This document shows, one piece after another, positions 7,528 to 19,121 of a stretch of DNA of 64,000 nt; position 1 is the first letter of the stretch, and every line of letters begins with the position of its first letter. Both the position numbers and the translations under genes were made by a program. Below the pieces are notes generated by a model. The model ran no database searches, was not told where the DNA came from, and saw only the letters and a list, made by a program, of their open reading frames with translations. Origin of the DNA: Dimorphilus gyrociliatus (Eukaryota > Animalia > Annelida); assembly GCA_904063045.1 (NCBI GenBank), contig CAJFCJ010000027.1:1-64000 (forward strand), given 5' to 3'.

Positions 7528-8463
7528 ATGAATTCTTCGGGAGCAGGTTTCCGTTTCGCCGACGATTTAAACGCATACGAATCCGTCATCTTAAAAGTTG
7601 TTATCTACTGCGAATTAAATTGCGGACTATTGTTGACGAGTCTAGTTGTATACGCCTTTATTAGATTTTCGGCAATAAGAGAATCGTTTGGATATTTCAT
7701 CCTTTTCCTATCAATCAATCATTTATTATTAATATTTTGCTATTCTTCTATACACATCTATTTCGATATTGGTAATTCGATTTCAAGCGAAGTGAATCCA
7801 GCTTTTTGTATATTAATAATGCTCATACCTGGCTTAGCAAATATTCAATCTCAAATGAATTTCTTAGGTATATTCATCAGCAGATATTTATACATTCGTT
7901 ATCCTTTCAAATACAACTACTATTGTAACTCAAAACTCAGAATCCTTTTACCATTTCTATTGAATCTGTTCTCTGTTATTATCTCAGTGATTCCATTATA
8001 CAATCCAAAGGGGGATGAGGTCCTCTGTTATGGTAAAGTTTCAACGCAAATTGGTCGTTTGTACGCTTTTCTATTCTTTTGTTTTGCGCCAATAATATTC
8101 AGTTTAATATTTCATTATCTCATATTGAAAATAGCTGGAAAACATGCTAAATCGATGGAAAGTCAAATGAATAGGGTTCAATCCGTATCCAAAACGTCGA
8201 AAGTCATTCTTATAGAATTAATTCTGGTTGGACTATTGTGGGTACTCTACGTATTCTTTTTGAAGTTAGCGACCTCAGATGTTCAAGCCATGTCTTATAA
8301 ATATATACTACTGATGGAGGTGATTATCATTTCTCCAACCATATTCAATTCGGTTATTATGCTTTCGAGTAGTTCACATGTCAAACAACTATTGAGGAAC
8401 TGTTGTTGTGGTAAAAGTGTTAAGATATCGCCGCTAGATCATTACAATGGGAGAATTAACTAG
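7528..8463 (+). CDS. Rhodopsin-like 7TM GPCR (orphan/chemoreceptor-like), copy 1
   Basis: 311 aa, seven hydrophobic segments, SRYLYIRYPFKY (DRY-like) motif, FNSVI in TM7. Confidence 0.85.
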   Translation: MNSSGAGFRFADDLNAYESVILKVVIYCELNCGLLLTSLVVYAFIRFSAIRESFGYFILFLSINHLLLIFCYSSIHIYFDIGNSISSEVNPAFCILIMLIPGLANIQSQMNFLGIFISRYLYIRYPFKYNYYCNSKLRILLPFLLNLFSVIISVIPLYNPKGDEVLCYGKVSTQIGRLYAFLFFCFAPIIFSLIFHYLILKIAGKHAKSMESQMNRVQSVSKTSKVILIELILVGLLWVLYVFFLKLATSDVQAMSYKYILLMEVIIISPTIFNSVIMLSSSSHVKQLLRNCCCGKSVKISPLDHYNGRIN

Positions 8464-8945
8464 GATTTTAGCCAAACAACGAATTTATTGACTATTCATA
8501 ATCTCAGCTCAAGAAATACTCATAGTTACCCTTTGCATTTCACCTATGGTCGATATTTACAAACTTTTGAGCGGTAAATGCAATACACTCTGTACATTTT
8601 GTTTGTTTGTTTCTTATACCGATTTTGCACTGTACGTAGAATAATGATGTTTGATGAGTAAAAGGTTTTATATAAACAAACAATTCATTTGGCTAAGTGA
8701 AAATATTTTTTCATAAATTATTCAATAGAGTCGACTTTTTCTATACAAGAAAGACAAACATCGCTTTCATCATTAATTTGGTCGGAAAACAGTACCAGTT
8801 TTCCCATATTGAAAATCCGTCCTTTTCTTTGTATATGTTTTCGTTGGATGGAGTAGAAGAGGAAGGAAGAGCGATTTGGGAAACTGTTAATTGTAGAAGA
8901 ATTGCGTTTTATCAGTTGTCGGACTCTGTTCTCAGACAAGCATAA

Positions 8946-9887
8946 ATGAACCAATCAAGAACGGGCTTTAATTTTGTAAACGACCTAAACGATTTTGAAA
9001 AAGTTCTATTTAGTATTTTGGTCTATAGCGAATTAACTTGTGGATTATTTCTATCTAGTTTGGTTATCTATTATTTTATAAGGTTTTCCCCAATTAGAGA
9101 ATCGTTCGGCTATTTTATCTTCTTTTCAACAATTAACCAATTGTTGTTGATAGCATGGTTTTACTTTATACACATCTATTGGGACGCAAAATTCTCTCTA
9201 AATTCGGCGTTCGCTTGCGTATTAACATTAACTGTTCCCAGCCTAACCAACATTCAATCTCAAATCAACTTTTTAGGCCTGTTTGTGAGTAGATATATCC
9301 GTATTCGTTACCCTTTCAAATTAAACATAATCCTAAAAGATTCACCAAAAGTGGCAGCAATATTTTCATCTTTGAATTGCAATAGTAGTTGGTCTCTAGT
9401 GCAAGTGTATAGGCCTGTTGGAGATGGCGCACTCTGCTATGGTTTTGTTTCGATAAGCAAAATTCGTTTGTACTTTATCCTATTCCTCTCTTTTGCTCCA
9501 GTACTACCGAGTTTAATTCTTCATTGTCTCATATTGAGAATAGCTAGAAAGCATGTAAAATCAATGGAACACCAAACGAACAGAGTTCAATCGATATCGA
9601 AATCGTCTAAAATTATATTTATCGGTTTAATAGTTGTTTGTCTATTATGGATAATGTATTTAGTTCTTTTTCAGTTAATATCTTCAAATCTGGGCAAAAT
9701 GTCCTACAAGTATTCTATGCTGATGGAATACATACTCGTCTCTACAACTATATTTAATCCAATCATCATATTGTCAAGCAATTCGAGCTCAAAGCAAAAG
9801 CTAACAAATGTTTGTAGATGCAAAGCAAAGATTCAACCGGCAGAGACAATTTCCTTCCCTAATAACGATTGCTATCAGTTGAACTGA
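8946..9887 (+). CDS. Rhodopsin-like 7TM GPCR, copy 2 (paralog of 7528-8463)
   Basis: 313 aa; shares RFSxIRESFGYFIxF, NIQSQxNFLGxFxSRY, RKHxKSMExQxNRVQS; FNPII in TM7. Confidence 0.85.
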   Translation: MNQSRTGFNFVNDLNDFEKVLFSILVYSELTCGLFLSSLVIYYFIRFSPIRESFGYFIFFSTINQLLLIAWFYFIHIYWDAKFSLNSAFACVLTLTVPSLTNIQSQINFLGLFVSRYIRIRYPFKLNIILKDSPKVAAIFSSLNCNSSWSLVQVYRPVGDGALCYGFVSISKIRLYFILFLSFAPVLPSLILHCLILRIARKHVKSMEHQTNRVQSISKSSKIIFIGLIVVCLLWIMYLVLFQLISSNLGKMSYKYSMLMEYILVSTTIFNPIIILSSNSSSKQKLTNVCRCKAKIQPAETISFPNNDCYQLN

Positions 9888-10115
9888 CGGACAAACACAG
9901 CGTGCATTACTACACGTAACGATTTCCGGTTTTGTTTAAAAGCGTCTAGTGGGAAAATCCTATTTATTTAAGGTACTAATGAAGATATACATTTGCTGTG
10001 TATACTTTATTTATACTGATTCATTATAAATATATGGAATTGTTGATAAGGAGCAAATGGATAATTAGAAGGAGTAAAACAATACGAGACCGTTGCAGAA
10101 GAGAAAGTGACGAAT

Positions 10116-10325
10116 ATGAACTTTTCAAAACTTGGCTTTGCGTTTGTAAACGATTTAAATGAATTTGAAAAGATTACCCTTGGAATTATTGTCAATGGGG
10201 CGCTGTCTTGTGGATTATTGTTGACATGTCTAATTATATATTTCTTTGCCAGATCTTGTGAACTGAGAGATTCTTTTGGTTTTCAACAATCAACAATTTG
10301 CTGTAGAAAAATTGCTCTTTTATAA
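10116..10325 (+). pseudogene. Truncated third GPCR paralog
   Basis: MNFSKLGFAFVNDLNEFEK...LRDSFGF aligns to the paralog N-termini; similarity is lost after TM1 and a stop follows. Confidence 0.8.
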
Positions 10326-10722
10326 GATTGAAAATTGATTATCAGATAAAAAAAATTGAATGTTGTTATTGTTTAATGACTACAAAAAAATTGATAGTAG
10401 GGTCATAAAAAGTTAAAAGTATTGAACAGGTTTTAATTACGGTAGAAAGAAGTTTCAAAGGTTCACTTCACTCAAAACTTAACGTATGAAAGGGTGACGC
10501 GAAAGAAAGAGGGAGAAATTGTGTAACCTAACTATTGCCCCATCTCTTAGTAACCGGTTACTGAAATGAAAGAAAAGTAAGCATCTGATGTTTTTAATAG
10601 GTTTTTATTATATTTTAACAAGCCGATAAGCCATATGTCATTTTTAATAGTATATTATTAGCTTATATATATATTAAAGTCAATAGGATTGAAATATCTA
10701 GGTTGCACTAGAAAATTTTGTG

Positions 10723-10726
<4 letters not shown>

Positions 10727-10766
<40 letters not shown>
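10727..10766. repeat. (AG)20 microsatellite
   Basis: Direct reading. Confidence 0.95.
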
Positions 10767-10769
<3 letters not shown>

Positions 10770-10994
10770 TTATTGCACCGAAACAGATAATATATACCAT
10801 ATACCGCCTACACACATCCAGGGGTAATACAAACAGTGTGAAATACAATGATTTTAATATAAACTATTCGCGGTACAGAAAGAAATCGTTAAGAAATTAG
10901 GCTGAAATCAAAGGCCTCAATAACCTAGTTTGTTTGGTTTATATGAACAGATTTATTCTCTATCTACCATTCGTATCCACACTGAATAAAGATA

Positions 10995-13945
10995 ATGTTA
11001 AAGGAAGATATTCAAGGTCTATCCGCTACTGTAAAAGAGCAGATTGCGGAAAAATATTCCTCGAAACGGAAGTGTACAGATGTGATATTTGCGCCTTTGT
11101 GTCTTTTACTTCTTGGAATAGTGGTAAGTGGCAAATAGTTGGGAAGAAAAAAATTAAATACTCTTTCAAACTTGTCCTCTTCGTCGTCCTCCTCCTCCTT
11201 CTTATCACCATCATCATTGGCGTCGTAGTTGGCGTCGCCCCCTTCCATCTTAATCAAATATTTTCCTGTTGCAGATGTATCTTGAATATGTTGCTAGCAC
11301 AGAAGGAAATACGCTAATGTTTACAAAAGGACAAGATAGCTTTGGAAATATTTGCGGTTTAAATAATAAGCAACGATTAAAACGATATCCAGAGTTGAAA
11401 AAGAACTCTATGTCGGGAATAAATCTCGAAGGCTACAAGTATGAGATGATTTTTTCGGACCCTGTGTGTTCATTGATTGATTGTTTTTCATTTTTCATTC
11501 CAGTAAACTTTATCAATATGATTTTCAACAAACTTTTCCGTCGTATTCAAAAATTAAAGGAGCGATGGTGTGCGTAAAGGAGTGCCCGCCTTCACTGTCC
11601 AGCGTTAGGAAGCACAAGAAGTTTGCTAAAAGCGGATCTGGATTGTGCAGATACGACATAAAAACTTCTGGGATCTTTAATGGAAAAGGATCGAAGGATA
11701 CTTGTCCTCAATTACCAGTTGACGCAACGTAAAAATTTTGCCACATATTTCTTTTGCCTTTTTAACAATAAGACTTGCCATCATTCGATCAGATCCGAGA
11801 AATATAATAGGTGTTTTCCATTGAAGAGAAGTCCTAAGAAGTGCTCTAGTATTTCGTACGATGACTAACTGCAGGATGCTCTTGGCGATATTGTCCACAA
11901 TTATATATCATTGTTTTACCTGTCGTTGATTGGCTTGGGTTCGTAAATAGTTGATATATAAATAACGATCTTTGAACTGTATTTGCTTTCGAAAGGTTTA
12001 ACAATTTCACTCATGGCGTTTGTATTGTTTCTACCATCAATATTCTTTTACGTAATGACTGTTGTAATGGTGATTGCGATAGTCGGCTTACCCATATACT
12101 TCTGGTAATGTTGATAGGAGGAGGAGGAGGAGGAGGAGAGATACAATTGAGTTTATCTGAATTTTTCCAAAACAGGTACAGATATTCGGTGAGGGGAGGT
12201 TTATTAACTTTCATCAGTGCCATTACGTTGACAATATCCATGGCGATCTTTATGTTTTCCGCCTACTTTCTGTTTCACCAGATTAAAAAGGTTTTGATTT
12301 GGAATTTTATCCGATTGCCTCTTTTTATTTAGCGAATTGATTGTAATCTTTTCTTCCATCTTTCAAACTTCTTAGATAAAGAAATCATTTGAAGATTCTT
12401 CAAAAGTATTGAAAAAATTCCCACAACTACTCATCCTGTCGTGTTTTGTAAAGAAAATTAATTCAACATTGAAGATCAATATTTAATCAACTGATTTTCT
12501 CTTTCAGAGTTTCTTCGTCGTCTCTATATTGTTTATTAGACTGGCTTGTTTGTTTCTTCACCTACTTACTTCCGGTAGGAACAATCTAATTAGATTTACT
12601 TTTCCAATCAACTTTTCCTCTTGATCTTTTTCTTCTCTTTCTTGAATAGGAGTGCATTTGTTTGTTTGTTTGTTTGTTTAGGAGAGGCAAGTATAGGACG
12701 ACACAATTTCGTATCTTTTAAATCTTCGGATAAGAATTTCTACCTGAGATATTTGGCAGTTTTCGTCTATATTTGGATATATAAATTCGTACTGGCCTGT
12801 CAGTATCTGATAGTATCCGGATCGATATCGTATTGGATATTGTCGAATAAAGACAACTATTCTTGGTGGTCAATAAAAACATCACCAATACTCTTATCAT
12901 TAAAGAATTTAGCAAGGTACAACTTGGGAAGCGCCATCTTCGGTTCGTTTGTGATAAGTTTGGTGACGCTCTTCTTCCTCTGGTTGAGATTATTGCATAT
13001 TATGTAATTGTTTATTGATTCTTTTCTTTTACTAAAATTTTGTTTTGCAGATTGAAACGTTACAGAATGTCTTGCTGTCTGTGCATTTTCAAGTGTTGTA
13101 CAAAGTTTGCCGATAACGTTCTAAAAGTTTTCAGTAATACAGCCTATACTCTAGTTGGTAAGATTTTCCATTGACGTTGCGTCGAGTTGTATTCGTTACA
13201 TTTATTTGAGCAGCTATGAGAGGGGAAAACTTGTATAAATCCGGAAAGAAAGGCGTTTCGTTACTATTCGACGAATCTTCATCATTCATTATCGCTCTTG
13301 GTACGCGTTATTACTTATTGGCCGCCGAATTATTACTTGGCTCCCTGGTTTTTGTTCTGGGATACGCGTTGCTCAACGTAAGCGGGAGGCGGCATCTTTC
13401 TTTTTTCTGTAAGAATTGAAAAATTTTTCACTTTTTTCAACAGTTTCAAGAAAGAATTTGCGAATGGCGACTTCCCTTGTTTATCATGTCTTTAATAACT
13501 TTTATAACGGCCTCTTCATTTCTGGAAAATTACGGCGTAAGCTATTTTCTATAGTAGTAGTAGTAGTTGTTGTTGTTGTTGTTATTGTTGTCATTGATCT
13601 TAGAGGTTAAACTACCGCAATTCTACATTTCAATAGGCTATTGTGGAAACTACCTACACTTGTTTACTCGTTATTGGTAACGATTTGAAGGGGGAGGAGG
13701 AAGAGAAGGAGGAGGAGGACAATCAGAAGAGTAATTCAAAAGACGGAAAAAAATCTAAAGTACGTAAAAGGAGAGGACACGGTTAATAATGAATAGAGTC
13801 ACTTAAAAAACACGATTTTTGTCGACAGGTAGCGATGTCATTAGGCTTTATAAAAAGAAAGAATCCCATTAAAGCGGCCACTGGTAAATTGGGATCAATT
13901 TTTTCAGATTATGGTATTAAAGTTCCCGCCAGTGCCGTAATATGA
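10995..13945 (+). CDS. Choline transporter-like (SLC44/CTL family) gene, 13 exons, with an in-frame TAA
   Basis: Exons 10995-11123, 11275-11438, 11504-11728, 11793-11938, 11996-12104, 12176-12290, 12376-12447, 12508-12574, 12682-13003, 13051-13157, 13214-13377, 13444-13536, 13829-13945, with GT-AG junctions in consistent phase. Motifs KRKCTDV, DSFGNICG, CVKECP, YNRCFP, FVLACQ, RYNLGS. Last exon less certain; TAA at 11866-68. Confidence 0.8.
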
Positions 13946-14931
13946 AAATATTTTCAGATCTACGTTCAGCATACTATTTCAGCCTTTTGTAGTTTACAAT
14001 GTTGTTGTATATAATGCTTTTGCTCTATAATTATGAATTACAAACAATATCTTGCTGCCATTCAAGCTGACTATTTTAAATGTATTGTTTGTTTGCTTCC
14101 TTTTACGTCACAATAAACAAAAAAGTGAAGTGTTTGTTGGCGAGATATAGTTTGGTAAAATTATTGAAGAAGGCTATCAGCTCGATTTCATTCTCATTCC
14201 ACAATATGAATCAATGGGAGACAACCAACTGAAAGTGAAGGGCTAGAAAATACTACTATTTCAACATTCAACAGTCGATTTATGCATTTATACACACTAC
14301 TAGTTTTGTGTAAAATCAACGTCATTTAAAGAATTGTAGGATAACCTAAAAATGGCCTCTTTCTCCTAAAAGAAACCGGTTAGCTGGTACGGTTACCTGG
14401 TAAATGGAATTTGCAGTATAAGACATACAACTCTTGCACTACGTTAAATTGTTGAAAATGATTAGATTGCTTGATGAAATTCAAATGAATTTTTACACAA
14501 AATACCTTTATTTCCCTTGAAACGGATTTTTCGTAGCAATAACCGATGTTTAAGTAAATGAATTGACTAAATGCATTAATGGGGAAATCTAGAATGAACG
14601 AATGAATAATGATCAAATAACTGAATGAATGAATGAATGAATGGATTAATTAGCGAATGAAAGTGACTATTTCAACAAGAAAACTGTTTCTTTTACTTTG
14701 TCAGATGTCTGCAAAACAAACCAAAAAAATAAGACATCTTTTCCATACGAGAAAGTCAAACACTAGGCCTAGTCATACTTCACACAAACATCAGTATTTG
14801 TTGTTTGTAAAAACAAACAAATATGGTTGAGATTAAAAGTTTCAATATGGGGAAATTTTACTCAACTGCATCCAAAAATTGTTTGCACAGAAGCAAAACA
14901 TTAGCGTAATCGAGCAGCTTTCCAATAAATG

Positions 14932-14965
14932 TATATTCTATACATATTTTGAATAGGGAAAAAGT
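14932..14965. repeat. 34-bp direct repeat, copy 1
   Basis: TATATTCTATACATATTTTGAATAGGGAAAAAGT, identical to 17330-17363. Confidence 0.9.
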
Positions 14966-16342
14966 GTTCTTCTTTCTCTGTCTCTTTCCGTTGGGGAGTA
15001 CTGAAATAAAGATACAATAGGCTTAGGAAAAGAAAAAGGCTATATTCCCAGATTTAGCAAAATCCGTCTGGCTTTAGAATTTTAACGCTTATTCCATTCA
15101 AAAGGCCGAAACAGAGATTGTAAGACGAACAAGTAAGAGATTGCGGTAGAGTATTTTATTTACTAAACAATTTAGAAGGTTATTGTCTTTCTAATATTTT
15201 CTATTGCAAAATGTTCATTTAGCACTACAAACACAGTGTTTGTAGCGTATCGAATGACCCAATCGCGAACCATTCGCCTCCATATTTTCCATTTTCAAAC
15301 CAATTAGCAAAAATTAGTGTTATTATAATACAACATGATTAGTATTAGTCGTTGCTATTAGAGCTATAATATAGTAGTTACCATTCAGTTTTAACATTGA
15401 ATTTTTGCTGTTTGATCATTTATAACGAACCTGAACGTTAAAGTCAAGTGTACAATTGGATATTCGGCTTGTAAGTATTGGTTTTTCCTAATTCATGCAC
15501 TTGGTGCATAAGAAAGACAGAGAATAAGGAAGAGAAAGAGATAGACAGACTCTGACAGAGATAGTGAAATGGAGAAAGAAAGGGAAAAGAAATTAGATTA
15601 AAATTACATTATCTACTAAAAAGTTGGAAAATTCAATGAATGAATGATATAGAAAGAGTATATGTATATTTAGTTTTGTTTGTAATGTAATCGTCCAGAA
15701 GAATCACGCAATTGCAATAGTTCCAGTTTGTAGGAAAGTAAGCATTGTAAACTTTTAAAAGTTGCATTGTCGGCAATTTTTCAGGCAATTTACTAAATAA
15801 CTCTTGAATGAACTCTTCAATATATATTGTTATTTATAGTTGACCGATCAGCTACTCATCATTTAAATGTTTTCATGACGTCATTGTTATGTATTTATGA
15901 TACTCGTTTGGTTAGGGTTAGGTGAGAAAGAATGGAAAAAGAGAACAAGGTCTCCCTTAATCGATGTAGTCGAAAAATAGTTCAAATCATCTTGTATTTC
16001 TATGCAATATGAAAAGATTAAATCCTTGTCTAGCTAATTCTTGGAAATTGATGTTATACTTGAGTTTGAATGGCCTAAAAAAAAGAGAGAGAAAGAAAGA
16101 AAGAGAGAGAGCGGCAGGGTTAGAGAAAAAATGTCCTAGTTATAGTTTAAAGTGTTTATGCCATTCAAATTTTCGAACACGAATGTTTGATGCTATTTTT
16201 AGGATATCCTTTAGTATATGAAGGGCGAAGCGAAGACAGATGAGAACATGCCAGAGAACTGACACTCTCTCTTCATTTGCAGTTTGAAGAAATTTTTGGT
16301 CTGCTTCTGGAATTTTAGTATATTAAAAAAGAAAACTGAATT

Positions 16343-16861
16343 ATGGGCGAGATATCAACGATGACGATGAATTATTGGATTTCGCATTTGAATTTGAAAC
16401 CTCATCCGGAAGGCGGTTATTATTCGGAAGTTTATAGAAGTAAAGGTATCATACCGAGCACTTGTACTGAAGAAAAGTTTAAAGGAGATAGAAATTTCAT
16501 AACTTCTATATATTTCTTGCTGTCGTACGACAACTTTTCAGCTTTTCATCGCCTAAAACAAGATGAAATTTGGAGTTTTCACGCCGGCTCGTCAATCTGC
16601 GTTCATATTATTGATGAAGACGGAAGTTATTCAAGGCAAACTGTTGGTTTGAAGTTGCACAAGGGCGAAACTCCACAATTTGTTATCAAAGCCGGTCAGT
16701 GGTTTTCTTACAATGTTGAGGAAAAGCATGGATTTACAGTTGTTGGTTGCGCAGTTTCACCAGGTTTCGACTTTGCCGATTTTGAATTGGGCATGAGGGA
16801 ACAGCTTCTCGCCAAATATCCTCAGCATTCCGAAATTATTACCCGATTTACAAGACAATAA
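16343..16861 (+). CDS. DUF985 / Cupin_5 family protein
   Basis: Intronless 172 aa; LxPHPEGGYY, TSIYFLL, SAFHRLKQDEIWxFHAG, VGCAVSPGFDFADFEL. Confidence 0.92.
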   Translation: MGEISTMTMNYWISHLNLKPHPEGGYYSEVYRSKGIIPSTCTEEKFKGDRNFITSIYFLLSYDNFSAFHRLKQDEIWSFHAGSSICVHIIDEDGSYSRQTVGLKLHKGETPQFVIKAGQWFSYNVEEKHGFTVVGCAVSPGFDFADFELGMREQLLAKYPQHSEIITRFTRQ

Positions 16862-17329
16862 ACAAACAATCAATTATTGAAATTAGCTTTTAAAATGTAC
16901 TTTACGAAAACAGTTTTGTATATTTCAGTGTTCTGAATTTGCATATTGACTAACAAATTAATGAAATCATTTCAACGGTTTTGTATGTGTGAATCTGACA
17001 ATAAAAAGAAATTGATTAAATGATATAATATTGAAAATTGTTGAATTTGTAAGAGACTAATTGGGGTCTTTTTCCATTAGATCTTAAGCAGAAGGTAGAT
17101 AATTTTCCTAGGAGAACTAGGGAATACTTGCCCGTTTCGTTTATTTATTGACCAGAAAATTATGAGAGAAAATGAATGAATAGATTGATTGATTGAATGA
17201 TTGAATGAATGATAGGTAGAAGAATGGCAGAGGTGAATGACACCATTTGGAACTCGATGTTTCATAAACATAAAAGAGTTATGACTTTGAAAGAGCTAAA
17301 ATTTCAATAAAACTTTATCAAATAAAGAA

Positions 17330-17400
17330 TATATTCTATACATATTTTGAATAGGGAAAAAGTAAAATACGTAAATTGTATCGAAAGTCCCTATTCAATA
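17330..17400. repeat. 34-bp direct repeat copy 2 plus inverted arm (MITE-like remnant)
   Basis: Second copy of the 34-mer; TTGAATAGGG pairs with downstream CCCTATTCAA. Confidence 0.75.
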
Positions 17401-19052
17401 GATATTGCTATTTGCATAAGACAACGAATATATAACAAAATATTTCAAACAGAAGAAACTTTTCTCTCCCTCTCTCTCTTATTCTCTTTCTTAATTTTAT
17501 AGTTTATATTACCAATCATATCTTGGAAACATTTTTATCTCGATGGAAGTTGAGCATTGGGTAATTTTAGTCAAATTAGATTTTTGATTTAGGGGAATCG
17601 AATGATTGAGATGGATGAAAAGCTTTTTAAAAAATTTATCTCCTTTATCCAGTGAAAGTAACATTTCCAAACAAACATAAAGTTTATTCAGGGTCACGTC
17701 AATGTCAAAACTTTCTACGAAGAGAGAAAGGGCGGTTAGCGGTTAGAAGTGCGAGAGAAAATTTTCAAACATTCAAAAGATAGAGCGTCGAATTGGTGGT
17801 TTTTTTTTACGAACTCTAGGCGAGCCACTCGGTATATTAATTGCTGAAATAGAAGGAAGAAGGAATTCACCTGAATTTCTTCGGTTTTTTCCATTTCAAA
17901 CTCTATGAAAAGGATATCCTCAGCGAGAACTTTTCTACCACCAAGCTATTAAAGAAACATTCACCGGGGATTGGATCTTTTCCTTTTTTTTCCAACTGTT
18001 TGTTTCTCTCCTCAAACGGAATAGTTGATTTCTATTCCTTTCCGGTTTTTTTCTTTATAACGATTTCGTTTACGAATTAAATAGAGTACGAAAGTTGATA
18101 AAATAGCAAAATAGGTGAGAGGGATTATGTCAAATTTCCCAAAGGACTAAATTTCACAATGCCCTATGGGAAATATTTTCGTCATGGAAGAAACCAACAT
18201 TGAATCCCTGAAGATGAGGACGGATCTAAGTATTTTACTCGTGTCTACAAGTTCACTTGTAAACAGATTGGGTCATAAACTTGAGTTCTTAAAGTTCGTC
18301 TGGCCTTTTATCAAATAGGCAATGCTAGCATTAACAACCGGACTCGATAAATAATGGAGTCAGGCTTGATCTCTAGTTGCACACTGTTTTATTTGGAAGA
18401 ATGGTAAAGTTTGTTTTCCGATGTCTACTTGAATAAATTACTTTCTATAATCCAGTTTGTTATCTTGATGAATTGGCAATTCTACCATTATTAATCAACG
18501 CAAATGTATAGAGAAAAGAAATTCGAAAAAAGTACTGAATGTACCTTTAAAAAGTTCTTCTCTTAGATCGAGAACAGGATAAAAATGTGCTCTGCTTTTA
18601 AGAAATTTCTTTTCATTTTGGTCCTATTATTTGTGTACTTTGAATAGAATATCAACTATCCGACCATAGAATTACTAGTTATTACGCTCCACTTCACAGA
18701 TAGGCTATGTTAACCGCTTTATTCTCAAATAGGAACACTTGAGTTTCTTCGAAAAATACTATGAGCCTATAAGATTGGAATTCCTTTCTTTTTGCCCTCT
18801 CTGCTGGCATATTTGTACTAAACTAGTCAAAGGAATGAATAAGCGAACGAACGAATGAGTGTTTGAATTACTTTTCAATTACTTTTTCTTCGTCATCCTT
18901 TCAGCTGTACAGATTGTCTGCATGTGAAAAAGATGGAGAATAGACATTCGTATATGAAATGCATTCAATGGGAATCTTGAATGTCATTTTATCAAGTTTA
19001 ATAGAAAATTAACAGAATATTTGAAATTGAATGGGGAATAGAGAAGGAAATG

Positions 19053-19121
19053 GGGAATAAAAGTGTAGGGTTAGGGTTAGGGTTAGGTTAGGGTTAGGGC
19101 TATATAGGGAATAAAAGTGTA
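19053..19121 (+). repeat. Interstitial telomeric sequence flanked by 15-bp direct repeats
   Basis: GGGAATAAAAGTGTA (19053-67) + GGG TTAGGG TTAGGG TTAGG TTAGGG TTAGGG CTATATA + GGGAATAAAAGTGTA (19107-21). Confidence 0.9.

Noticed and set aside
10934-11317. 127-aa ORF as the SLC44 N-terminus
   Set aside because: The family motif KRKCTDV lies in a different frame starting at ATG 10995; the listed ORF reads through an intron.
18120-18600. Possible decayed minus-strand gene
   Set aside because: Multiple stops, no recognisable motif, no consistent exon chain.
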